This document shows, piece after piece, positions 22,297-32,758 of a stretch of DNA of 64,000 nt. The stretch covers positions 288,001-352,000 of the forward strand of contig CAVPHD010000009.1 of assembly GCA_963704165.1 (NCBI GenBank), given 5' to 3'. Position 1 is the first letter of the stretch. Every line of letters begins with the position of its first letter. The notes below the pieces were generated by a model, which saw only the letters and a list, made by a program, of their open reading frames with translations, made no database searches and was not told where the DNA came from. The DNA comes from an uncultured delta proteobacterium (GTDB taxonomy: Bacteria; Myxococcota_A; UBA9160; SZUA-336). Position numbers and translations under genes: made by a program.

Positions 22297-22994
22297 GCGC
22301 GTCGGTCGAAACGCTTCTCCGCCTCGGCGACGACCGGCTCGTGCTCGGCCATCGCCTGTCGGAGTGGTGCGGGCACGCGCCGATCCTCGAAGAGGACCTC
22401 GCGCTCTCGAACATCAGCCTCGACCTGCTCGGCCAGGCCGCGGACTTCCTCGCGCTCGCCGCCGAACGTGAGGGAGGCGGACGCGACGCCGACGCGCTGG
22501 CCTTCGCGCGCGGGCCGACCGCGTACCGCAATTGCCTGCTGGTCGAGCAGCCCAACGGCGACTTCGCGCAGACGATCGTGCGGCAGGTGCTCTTCGACGC
22601 GGTCGCGCTTCCCGAGCTCCTGCGGCTCGCGGATTCGGACGACGCGCCCCTCGCCGAGATCTGCACGCGTGCGGCGAAGGAGACCCGCTACCACGTGCGC
22701 CACACGCGCGATTGGTTCGTGCGCCTCGGCGACGGCACCGCGGAGAGCCATCGACGCATGCAGTCCGCGCTCGACTCGCTCTGGGTCTTCACCGACGAGC
22801 TCCGCGAATCCGCTGCCGAGCCGAGCTGGGATCGCGAGATCTCGAGCTTGATCGAAGCCGCCACGCTTCGCCGCCCCGAGGACGCCGCGTACCCGGCGAC
22901 CGGCGGCCGGCGCGGCGTGCACAGCGAGCACCTCGACCACCTGCTCTCCGAGATGCAGTCCGTGGCGCGCGCGCATCCGGGGGCGCGCTGGTGA
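22293..22994 (+). CDS. paaC: Phenylacetyl-CoA epoxidase subunit C
   Basis: LGHRLSEWCGHAPILEEDLA, EQPNGDFA, KETRYH, RAHPGARW. Confidence 0.95.
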   Translation: MSASVETLLRLGDDRLVLGHRLSEWCGHAPILEEDLALSNISLDLLGQAADFLALAAEREGGGRDADALAFARGPTAYRNCLLVEQPNGDFAQTIVRQVLFDAVALPELLRLADSDDAPLAEICTRAAKETRYHVRHTRDWFVRLGDGTAESHRRMQSALDSLWVFTDELRESAAEPSWDREISSLIEAATLRRPEDAAYPATGGRRGVHSEHLDHLLSEMQSVARAHPGARW

Positions 22995-23386
22995 CGCACG
23001 CCGAGCTCGAGGACCTGGTCGTCCGGTTCACCGAAGCGTTCAACCTCGAGGACCTCGACGCGGTGATGGCGTTCTTCGCGGACGAGGGCATCTACGACGA
23101 GTTCGACGGGACGCGAAGCGTCGGCAAGGTCGAGATCCGCCGCGCCTTCGAGCCACAGTTTCGCGGCGACTTCGGCCGGATGCGCTTCGCGACCGAGGAT
23201 CTCTTCGTCGATCCCGTGACGGGCAAGGGCCTGATCTCGTGGCTCTGCACCACGGAGCGAAACGGCGTCGTCCGCGGCTGGCGCGGCCTCGACATCCTCG
23301 TCTTCGAGGGCGGGAAGGTCGTCGAGAAGCACACCTATGCGAAGGCCGAGCGCTTGAAGCTCGGGGAGGTTCCCGCCGAGTCATGA
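22991..23386 (+). CDS. NTF2-like/SnoaL-like protein
   Basis: FTEAFNLEDLDAVMAFFAD, WRGLDILVFEGGKVVEK; GTGA overlap with paaC. Confidence 0.8.
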   Translation: MTHAELEDLVVRFTEAFNLEDLDAVMAFFADEGIYDEFDGTRSVGKVEIRRAFEPQFRGDFGRMRFATEDLFVDPVTGKGLISWLCTTERNGVVRGWRGLDILVFEGGKVVEKHTYAKAERLKLGEVPAES

Positions 23387-24252
23387 GCGAGCTCTCGCCC
23401 GGTCTGATCGAACGGATGCTCTCGCGGCTCGGATTCGACGCCGAGCCGGGGATCGACCGCAAGGGACTCGAAGCGCTCTACCTCGCCTGGTGTCGCGCCG
23501 TTCCCTTCGACAACGTCCGAAAGCGCATCGCGCTGCTCGAGCGCAATCCCGGGCCACTTCCCGGCGGCCAGCCCGGGGATTTCCTCAGCGCGTTTCTCGA
23601 GCACGGAACGGGCGGAACCTGCTGGCCGTCGAGCAACGGCCTGCACGCGCTCGTTCACGCCTGCGGCTTCGACGTGCGCCGGATCTCCGCCTCGATGGCC
23701 GACCGCAACGACCACAACCACGGGAGCCTGGTCGTGCGGCTCGCCGGCGAGGAGCTTCTGGTCGACTCGTCGATGCTGAACGAGGCCCCGATCCCGCTCC
23801 CGCGAGAGCGCACGGCCGCACTCGAGCACCCGGTGCATCCGATCCGGATCGAGCCAGCGGAGGCGGGGCTGCTGATCCACTGGGGCATGAGCATGTCGGC
23901 CGACACCATGCCGTGTCGGCTGCTCCGCGACCCCGTGGACGAGACCTTCTACCTCGAGCGCTACGAGATCTCGCGCGGCGTCTCCGTCTTCAATGCCGGG
24001 CTCTACGCGCGCCGGAACTTTCCGGGCCGCCTGGTCTCGTTCGCCGGTACCACGCGCTTCGAGAAGACCGCCTCGGGCGTGACGAGCCGCGCGCTCGCGC
24101 CCGACGAGCTGCGCGCGGCGCTCGTCACGGAGCTCGGCCTCTCGGAGGCGATCGTCGCGCGCCTCGCCGCCTGCGGTGGGCTCGGCTCTGACCCTCGCCC
24201 TCGCGACGGATACACTACGGGCCTCGAACGATCGCGGAGGACGTCGTCATGA
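23383..24252 (+). CDS. Arylamine N-acetyltransferase family protein
   Basis: VPFDN, GGTCW (Cys), NHG (His), LVDS (Asp) catalytic triad pattern. Confidence 0.8.
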   Translation: MSELSPGLIERMLSRLGFDAEPGIDRKGLEALYLAWCRAVPFDNVRKRIALLERNPGPLPGGQPGDFLSAFLEHGTGGTCWPSSNGLHALVHACGFDVRRISASMADRNDHNHGSLVVRLAGEELLVDSSMLNEAPIPLPRERTAALEHPVHPIRIEPAEAGLLIHWGMSMSADTMPCRLLRDPVDETFYLERYEISRGVSVFNAGLYARRNFPGRLVSFAGTTRFEKTASGVTSRALAPDELRAALVTELGLSEAIVARLAACGGLGSDPRPRDGYTTGLERSRRTSS

Positions 24253-24617
24253 AGAGCAACGAGCAGGTGATCCGGGATTTCATCGGCGCGTGGTCGCGCC
24301 TCGATGTCGAGGAGCTCGTCGGGTACTTCACCGACGACGGCATCTACCACAACATGCCGATGGCGCCGGTGAAGGGCCGCGAGAACGTGCGCAACCTGCT
24401 TCGGGGATTCCTCTCGGCCTGGACGAAGACCGACTGGGAGATCCTGAACCTGATGAGCTCGGGAGACGTCGTCATCGCCGAGCGGGTCGATCGCACCGAG
24501 GCGGGCGAGAAGAAGGTCGACCTGCCCTGTACCGGCGTTTTCGTGATGGAAGGCGGGAAGATCAAGGAGTGGCGGGACTACTTCGACTTCCAAACCTACC
24601 AGCGCGGGATGAGCTGA
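24249..24617 (+). CDS. Limonene-1,2-epoxide hydrolase family protein
   Basis: YHNMP, AERVD, WRDYFD motifs; GGAGG RBS. Confidence 0.88.
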   Translation: MKSNEQVIRDFIGAWSRLDVEELVGYFTDDGIYHNMPMAPVKGRENVRNLLRGFLSAWTKTDWEILNLMSSGDVVIAERVDRTEAGEKKVDLPCTGVFVMEGGKIKEWRDYFDFQTYQRGMS

Positions 24618-24621
24618 GGGC

Positions 24622-24703
24622 TACCGGGGACAGGACTCGAACCTGCACGCCTTGCGGCAACGGCTCCTAAGGCCGTCGCGTCTGCCAATTCCGCCACCCC
24701 GGC
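24622..24703 (-). tRNA. tRNA-Leu(TAG)
   Basis: GCCGGGGTGGCGGAATTGGCAGACGCGACGGCCTTAGGAGCCGTTGCCGCAAGGCGTGCAGGTTCGAGTCCTGTCCCCGGTA; long variable arm. Confidence 0.95.
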
Positions 24704-24741
24704 GCGGGCGCGTTCGCCCACGCCGAGAGTAGCAGAGGGCG

Positions 24742-25509
24742 CTAGCGGGTCGCGGCGGCAGGCTGCTCCGCGCGCGGGATCACGATCTCGCGCGGCGCCG
24801 AGGCGACCGGTACGAAGAGTGACGGCTTGAGCCGGCGCTTCAGCTCGTCGAGCTCGCGGCGCGCGGCGTCGTGCTTGGCCTCGTCGCGGATCGCGCGCAC
24901 GCGCCGCTCGAGTCCGGAATCGAGGTCGAGGTCGATCCTGCTCTCGGCCTTCAGCCGCTCGATCTCCCCGCGCACGCTCTCGAGCGCCTTCATCTCGCCG
25001 TCGGTCGAGAGGCCCTCGAAGGCGGACTGGATGCGGCGCCGTGCACGGGCGCTCGCGAGCGCGGCGAGCATGCGCACCTTCTCGCGCTCGAGGTTGCGGA
25101 TCTCGGCGCGGAACTTCACCAGATTGGCCTTCGCGCCCTCGCACTCGGTCGAGACCTCGTCGAGCTCGCGCTGGCCGCGTTCGAGATCCTGGAGCAGCGC
25201 GTCCTTCTGGGTGATCAGCACCAGCGCGACCTCGTCGTCGTTTCGCTTCACGGCGCGGCCGATGTCCTCGTGCAGACGCGAGAGCTCGGCGCGCCGCTCG
25301 CGCAGCTCGCCCTCGATCTTGTTTCGCATGTACAAGATGCCCGCGACCGCGCGCTTGAGCTCCGCGTACTGGCGCACGCGCTCGCCGATCACGCGCTCGT
25401 AGACCGCGTCGGGCCGCTCCGCTTCGCGCTCGCGCATCCAGACCGCGAAGACGCCGTTTACCAGGTCGCGAAAGCGCGAGACGATGCCCCGATGTCCGTG
25501 CATGCTCAT
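24742..25509 (-). CDS. pspA: PspA/IM30 family protein
   Basis: N-terminal amphipathic GIVSRFRDLV, P..VYE, long coiled coil, C-terminal ELDELKRRL. Confidence 0.8.
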   Translation of the reverse strand: MSMHGHRGIVSRFRDLVNGVFAVWMREREAERPDAVYERVIGERVRQYAELKRAVAGILYMRNKIEGELRERRAELSRLHEDIGRAVKRNDDEVALVLITQKDALLQDLERGQRELDEVSTECEGAKANLVKFRAEIRNLEREKVRMLAALASARARRRIQSAFEGLSTDGEMKALESVRGEIERLKAESRIDLDLDSGLERRVRAIRDEAKHDAARRELDELKRRLKPSLFVPVASAPREIVIPRAEQPAAATR

Positions 25510-25519
25510 CTGCGTCCTC

Positions 25520-26915
<1,396 letters not shown>

Positions 26916-26919
<4 letters not shown>

Positions 26920-28055
26920 CTCGAGACCTCGGGGCTCTGGGCCTGCTTCGGGAAGTGCAGCGTGAACTCGCTGCCCTGCCCGGGCGCCGAGTGAAGCTCG
27001 ATCTCGCCACCGTGCGCGTCGACGAGCTTGCGCGTGATCGCGAGCCCGAGTCCCGTTCCGTTCGCCTTCGAGGTGAAGAACGGCTTGAAGATCCGCGCCT
27101 GCGTCTCGGCATCCATGCCCGGGCCGTTGTCGCGCACCCGCGTCCACACTTCGTTCCCGCCGAGGTTCTCGCCGATCGCGAGCTCGAGCACGGGGCTCGT
27201 CGTCCTCGCCTCGACGAACGCGTCGAGCGCGTTCCCGATCAGGTTGATGAAGACGCGGCGCAGCTGCTCGGCGTCGCCGACCATCTCGCCCGGCACGTCG
27301 AAGTCGCGCTGCACCTTCACACCCGCGTTCTCGCAGCGCTCGCGAAGCGACTCGAGCGCGCTCTCGGCGGCATCGACGAGCTTCATCTGCTGCGGGTGCA
27401 TCTCCTCTTCGCGCGCGTAGCGCAGAAGGTGCGAGATCGAGCGTTCGACGCGGTCGAGCTCGTGCAGCGCGATCTGCGCGTACTCGACGTTCTCGGCCGA
27501 GCCGGGGTCTTCGCCGAGCTGTTGCACGAGGCTCTTCGCGGCAGTGATCGGATTGCGGATCTCGTGTGCGATCGACGCGGAGAGCTCTTCGAGCGAGCGC
27601 AGCTTCTCGTCCTCGAGCGCGACGCGCTGGCGCGAGACGGATCGCGAGACCTGCCGTTCGACCTCGCTGCGCACCCACTTCCGGCGCAGATCCGGCGCGA
27701 CGATCGCCTGGAAGAAGTGCGAGGCGAGACCGATGCCCCAGGCCAGCGCGACGATCACCGCGGTACGGAAGTTGATGAACGCCAGGAACAAGACGACGAA
27801 CGAGTACGAGATCAGATGCTGGAAGAAGCGGATCTTGCGCTCGGCCGTGCGGCGCGCCTCGAGGTAGGTCTCTTCTTCGGGAGAGAGCTCGCGGCCGCGG
27901 CGCCGCGCGCGCCGGCGCTCGCGCTCGGCGTCCCGTTCGTCGCGTGCGGCGTCGCGAGCGGTGCGCGCATCGACACGGCCCGGACGACTCCAATCGGGAC
28001 GCCCGTGGCGGTCTCGCGTCCTTCCCTTGTCCCCGTCGTCCCAGCGCTTTGGCAT
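26916..28055 (-). CDS. Sensor histidine kinase with N-terminal 2TM domain
   Basis: HL..Y...WGIGL..H 2TM pattern; AHEIRNP H-box; N, G1 (DNGPG), F (FKPFF) and G2 (GTGLGL) boxes. Confidence 0.93.
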
Positions 28056-28165
28056 CCGCTTCACTCCACACGGGCCCACGGCCCCGAGCAGGACCCGAAT
28101 CGAGGGGATCCCTGGCCCGGGCGGACTTGGCTGGATTGTAGATCGCCGCATCGGTCCAGCCCGAG

Positions 28166-28181
28166 AGCAAGAGACGTGCCC
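28166..28181 (-). promoter_or_regulatory. Sigma-54 -24/-12 promoter of the HK-RR-pspA operon
   Basis: GGGCACGTCTCTTGCT versus consensus TGGCACG-N4-TTGCW: one mismatch, exact GG-N10-GC spacing. Confidence 0.75.
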
Positions 28182-28262
28182 CGGCGGCGCGCGGGCCGGA
28201 GCGCCCCGGAGGCCTTGCGACCGCCAGCACCGGACGTCAGTGCAGTCTGCGCCCTGCGCCGC

Positions 28263-30152
28263 CTACGGGCTCTCGATCACCGGCAGCTCCAGCCACGACG
28301 CCGCGCCGCGCTCGAAGAGCCAGGTCGGCGGCGGTCCGGGTGGATTCGCGAACTGGTCCCGATCCGCGCCGGCGAGGGCGAGCCGGATCCGGTGCCCGCG
28401 CCGCCAGAGGTGAGAGATCGGCTGAAGATCGAAGACCAGCTCCGCGGGCTCGCCCGGAACGAGCGGCGCCGCGTCGGACCGCGCGAAGCTGTGGTACGGG
28501 ACCGAGAGCGCGTAGGGTGATTCGTCGGCGGGTCGCACGCGGCGGTGCACGGCGCGGAGCATTCCCTCGCTGACGTAGCCGACCTTCCCACGCGCATCGA
28601 CGTCCTCGAGGTACGCGAAGAGTGCGCCGTCGCGCGCGTCGCAGCGCACGGTCAGGTGGACGATCGGGTGACCGGTCACCTCGAGATCGCCTTCGAGCGG
28701 AGCGGTCTCGTACACGCGAAGGCGTCGGTCTCGCGACGCGCGATCGGGGTACTCGGTGAAGGTCGGCACGGCGAGACCCCGCCAGCGGCTGGTCTCGCCG
28801 CTGCCGGAATCCGGATCGGTCGCGTAGACGTCGCTCCCCGGCGGCTCCGAGCCGGGCGCGAACTCGAGCCGCGAGTCCGCGCCCAGGTACAGGCGCGTCG
28901 CGCGCGCCGGCGGCGGCCAGCTCGAGGCGTGCTTCCAGCGCTTCTCGCCGGTGGTGAACCAGCGGACCGGCGGCCGATCCTCACCCGCGATCCCCTTCAA
29001 GTGAAGGTTGAAGAACTCGAGCAACTCCGCCGCGTGATCGAACTCGCTCGCGCGGGTCTTTGCGAGCGGCTCGAAATACTGGTCGCCGCCGTGATTCCAG
29101 GGTCCGAGCAGAAGTCGTTGGCCCGGATTCGAGAGCGTGCGGAAGCGCTTGATCGCCGCGTGCGCGTACGCGCCGTCGAGCCACCCGCTGCTGCTGTACA
29201 CGGCCGCACCGGAGGCCTCGATCGCATCGCGGCGGACGCCGTAGGGACTCCAGTCCTCCGTTCGCAGCCCGAGCTCCGGCGCGAGGTCGTCGCGGAAGGG
29301 GGTCGCGAGGGCCTGGGAGTGGACGTCGAAGTTCGCGAGGTGCGCGCGCTGCGCCTCGCGAACACCCCGCGTTCCGTCGGGACCATCGACGGGTCTCGGG
29401 CCCGAGATGAAGATCGGCACCCAGGCGGGAAACGCCGAGAAGAGCGCGCCGCGATCGATCGCGTCGTTGAATCTCCCCCAGGTCTCGGTGAACCAGCCGA
29501 GGTGGACGCCGCCGGGGTAACCGATGTCGGTGTAGCCATCGAAGAGCGAGAAGCGCGGCGCGACCGCGCGGACCGCGGGGTGTCGATTCGCGAGCAGGAG
29601 CTCGGCGGCGGTTCCGTCGTAGGAGTCACCGAGCGCGCCGACGAGGCCGCTCGCCCAGGGCTGCCGTACGACCCAGTCGACGATCTCGGCGCCGTCCCGC
29701 ACCTCGTCGTCCGACCAGAGCGACGCCTGCACGCCGCCCGACGCGCCCGATCCGCGCACGTCGATGTCGAGCCAGGCGTAGCCCGAGTCGAGAAAGCGCT
29801 GTGCCAGCTCGGATGGCCCGTCGAGAAGCGGACGCACGAGCGCGCGGAATCTCGCGGCTCGCCAGTAGCGGGTCATGCGCAGGATCGCGGGAACGCGCGC
29901 GCCCTCCCCTGCGTCCGCGGGCAGGTAGAGATCGACCGCGATCGGCACGCCGTCGCGCATCTCGAGGTAGAAGGAGCGCCGGGTGTGGGCCGTCTTCGGT
30001 GCGGGGTTCGCGGCCGGACCGGACACGGGCCAGCGCGCGTCACTCGCCCGCGCCAGATCCGCTCCGGAGATCGCGCTCCACCCGAAGGCCAGCGCCAGCC
30101 AGAGTCGAAGGCCGCGGACCGACGAGCGCGAGCTTGGGTACGAGTCAGCCAT
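28263..30152 (-). CDS. CocE/NonD family hydrolase, probably exported
   Basis: MRDGVPIAVD, DVRGSGAS, GDSYDG nucleophile, GPWNH, C-terminal jelly-roll motifs. Confidence 0.92.
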   Translation of the reverse strand: MADSYPSSRSSVRGLRLWLALAFGWSAISGADLARASDARWPVSGPAANPAPKTAHTRRSFYLEMRDGVPIAVDLYLPADAGEGARVPAILRMTRYWRAARFRALVRPLLDGPSELAQRFLDSGYAWLDIDVRGSGASGGVQASLWSDDEVRDGAEIVDWVVRQPWASGLVGALGDSYDGTAAELLLANRHPAVRAVAPRFSLFDGYTDIGYPGGVHLGWFTETWGRFNDAIDRGALFSAFPAWVPIFISGPRPVDGPDGTRGVREAQRAHLANFDVHSQALATPFRDDLAPELGLRTEDWSPYGVRRDAIEASGAAVYSSSGWLDGAYAHAAIKRFRTLSNPGQRLLLGPWNHGGDQYFEPLAKTRASEFDHAAELLEFFNLHLKGIAGEDRPPVRWFTTGEKRWKHASSWPPPARATRLYLGADSRLEFAPGSEPPGSDVYATDPDSGSGETSRWRGLAVPTFTEYPDRASRDRRLRVYETAPLEGDLEVTGHPIVHLTVRCDARDGALFAYLEDVDARGKVGYVSEGMLRAVHRRVRPADESPYALSVPYHSFARSDAAPLVPGEPAELVFDLQPISHLWRRGHRIRLALAGADRDQFANPPGPPPTWLFERGAASWLELPVIESP

Positions 30153-30225
30153 GCACCGGATCGATCGTCCGAAGACCTCCGGAGCTTTCACTCTCGCGGC
30201 CACGAGCGCCGTGTCGCGTTGGCCT

Positions 30226-30298
30226 TGAGCGCGGGCGGGCTCGAACCGCCGACCGAGGGATTAAGAGTCCCTTGCTCTACCAACTGAGCTACGCGCCC
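30226..30298 (-). tRNA. tRNA-Lys(CTT)
   Basis: GGGCGCGTAGCTCAGTTGGTAGAGCAAGGGACTCTTAATCCCTCGGTCGGCGGTTCGAGCCCGCCCGCGCTCA. Confidence 0.95.
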
Positions 30299-30358
30299 GG
30301 GCGCATGATAGCGGGTCTTTCTCGCACGGCGACGGGCCCGCGCTAGACTCGGCGCCCG

Positions 30359-32758
30359 ATGTCGATCCCGAGACCCGAAACGCGACCCCGACGCGCTCGA
30401 ATCCTGGCTCTCGCCGGGCTCGCGTTCGCCCTCGGCTGCGCGACGGCCGGCACGCTCCCGTCGGAGCAGGCGACGCTTCTGGTGACCAGGGACGCGCTGA
30501 CGCAGACGGGGAGCTTCTACCTCTGGCCGGACCGGCTCGACCAGCGCGTGGTCATCGGTGCGCTCAACGGACTCGAACAGAGCTTCGACTCGGTGATCTT
30601 CGAGTCCGAGGACGATTCGGCCGAGGGCGTGCTCACCGTGAACGGAGCGTCGGTGCGCGTGCCGCTCGACCCGAGCTTCGACCCCGAGCGCTACCGCGAC
30701 GTGCTCGCGCGTTCGATCCGGTTCGCGCAACACCACCTGCCCGACCCGATCGATCCCAACGACGACCTCGAGCACATCGCCCTGCGCGGCGCGCTCGGCG
30801 CGCTCGATCCCTACTCGACGGTCTTCTCCGGCCGCGGCAGCGAGGACTTCAGGATTCGCTTCGAGGGAAAGCTCTCCGGTGTGGGCGCGCGGATCGGCCG
30901 ACGCGACGGCGATCTGATCGCGGTGCGCGTCTTCCCCGGAAGTCCGGCGGAGAACGCCGGACTTCGCGACGGCGACGCGATCCTGTTCATCGACGGGGAT
31001 CCGACGCGGCCGCTCTCGGTCGAGGAGGCCGTCGGCCGCATTCGCGGGCGGGCGGGCACGCTCGTCGGGCTCGGCGTGCAGCGCGGCAGCGAGTCGAAGG
31101 AGCGACTCGACATCTCGATCACGCGCGGCGAAGTGATGATCCCGAGCGTCGAGTCGCGCAAGCTCGATGGACCCCGGCGCATCGGCTACGCGCAGGTCTA
31201 TCAGGTGAGCCGCGAGACCGCGCAGGAGTTCCACGACCGCATCAAGGAGCTCGGCCCGATCGACGGGCTCGTCATGGACATGCGCGGAAATACCGGCGGA
31301 AGCATGGTCGCGGCCGCCCAGCTCGCCGACCAGTTCCTCGCCTCGCACATGATCGTGCGCACGGTGACCCGCGAAGATCTGGCGCCCGACGCGCGCAGCC
31401 GGATCACCGCCGACCCGGAAATCACCTTCGACATGCCGCTCTCGATCCTCGTCGATCCGCAGACCGCCTCGGCGGCCGAGATCATCTCCGGCGCGCTCGA
31501 ACCGCTCGGCAACGTCACGGTCATCGGGCAGACGACGTTCGGCAAGGGGCTGGTGCAGCAGGTGATGCCGATGAAGAACGAGAACCTGCTGAAGCTGACG
31601 GTCGCCGAATACCTGCTTTCCGACGACCGCGCGATCAACAAGAAGGGAATCGAGCCGCGCGTGCGCCTGCACCCGGTCTCGGCCTCGCGCCTCGGCGCGC
31701 TCGCGGACATTCCCGTCGGCGCGATCCCGTACGTTCGCGGCACCGGCGAGGAGGATGCGTTTCCCGTCGAGGTCGGCGCGGCGCTGCTCCGCGAACCGGC
31801 CGAGCAGGCGCTCGCCGGCGTGCGCGAACGCGCGTACGCGAACATCTCCCGACATCTCGAGCCGCTCGGCGTGCGCTGGTCGGCTCAGCGCGGGACGAGC
31901 GACGTTCCCCTCCCCCGCGCGCTCGAGATCGCCGTGCATTCACCGACGCTCGTCTCGGGGGAGTCCGGGAAGATCCGGATCACCGTGTCCAACCCCAACG
32001 ACTTCGCACTCTCGGACGTCTGGCTCGCGCTCGATGCGCCGGCGCAGTACCTCGACAACAAGATCGCCGGGCTCGGCGAACTGGCCGCCGGCGGATCCGT
32101 CGCGACCGAGATCGAGCTCGCGCCGCCCGACGGCGTCTCCGTCGAGCGCCATCCCGTCGACGTCCTGCTCGCCGCCGGTGACCGGCCCCTCGCGAAGCAA
32201 CGAGCGGTCCTCGACGTCTCCGTGCAGCCGCCCGAGCTCGAGATCGAGGTCGAACGGATCTCGGCCGACGAGGCGCGGGTGGTCCTACGAAACCGCGGCG
32301 GACACACGGCGCGCGGCCTGACCGTCGGGGTCTCGGGCGCGACGCGCTCGTTCGAGGCGCTCGAACCCGGCGCACACGAGGAGATGCGACTTCCCCTGTC
32401 GGCGAAACCGAAGAGCATCGTGGTCGCGCAGGTCGGACCGTGGGCGCAGCGGCGCATCGAAGTGCCGATCCCCGAGACGCGCGCGACCTACACCCCGCCG
32501 CAGGTCGTGATCGACGAGCGGTCGCAGAACCTCGGCCTGCGCGCGCGCACGGAGGTCGGCCTGCGAGACGGCTGGATCTCCGTCGATCTCCAGAAGAAGG
32601 CGTTCAGCGACTTCGCGGGCGCGCGTGAGGGCGACCTCGAAGTTCCGCTCGGCGGCGGCGAGCACGACGTCGTGTCCAAGATCGAGACCGCCGAGGGCGT
32701 CTCGGTGGTCGACATCCGCCGACTCACAAGAGAGTCAGCTGCCGCGGCGCATCGGTGA
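30359..32758 (+). CDS. S41 C-terminal processing peptidase lipoprotein with PDZ and C-terminal beta domains
   Basis: Lipobox LGC; LDPYS; GVG PDZ; DMRGNTGG; TASAAE (Ser) and TFGKG (Lys). Confidence 0.9.
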   Translation: MSIPRPETRPRRARILALAGLAFALGCATAGTLPSEQATLLVTRDALTQTGSFYLWPDRLDQRVVIGALNGLEQSFDSVIFESEDDSAEGVLTVNGASVRVPLDPSFDPERYRDVLARSIRFAQHHLPDPIDPNDDLEHIALRGALGALDPYSTVFSGRGSEDFRIRFEGKLSGVGARIGRRDGDLIAVRVFPGSPAENAGLRDGDAILFIDGDPTRPLSVEEAVGRIRGRAGTLVGLGVQRGSESKERLDISITRGEVMIPSVESRKLDGPRRIGYAQVYQVSRETAQEFHDRIKELGPIDGLVMDMRGNTGGSMVAAAQLADQFLASHMIVRTVTREDLAPDARSRITADPEITFDMPLSILVDPQTASAAEIISGALEPLGNVTVIGQTTFGKGLVQQVMPMKNENLLKLTVAEYLLSDDRAINKKGIEPRVRLHPVSASRLGALADIPVGAIPYVRGTGEEDAFPVEVGAALLREPAEQALAGVRERAYANISRHLEPLGVRWSAQRGTSDVPLPRALEIAVHSPTLVSGESGKIRITVSNPNDFALSDVWLALDAPAQYLDNKIAGLGELAAGGSVATEIELAPPDGVSVERHPVDVLLAAGDRPLAKQRAVLDVSVQPPELEIEVERISADEARVVLRNRGGHTARGLTVGVSGATRSFEALEPGAHEEMRLPLSAKPKSIVVAQVGPWAQRRIEVPIPETRATYTPPQVVIDERSQNLGLRARTEVGLRDGWISVDLQKKAFSDFAGAREGDLEVPLGGGEHDVVSKIETAEGVSVVDIRRLTRESAAAAHR

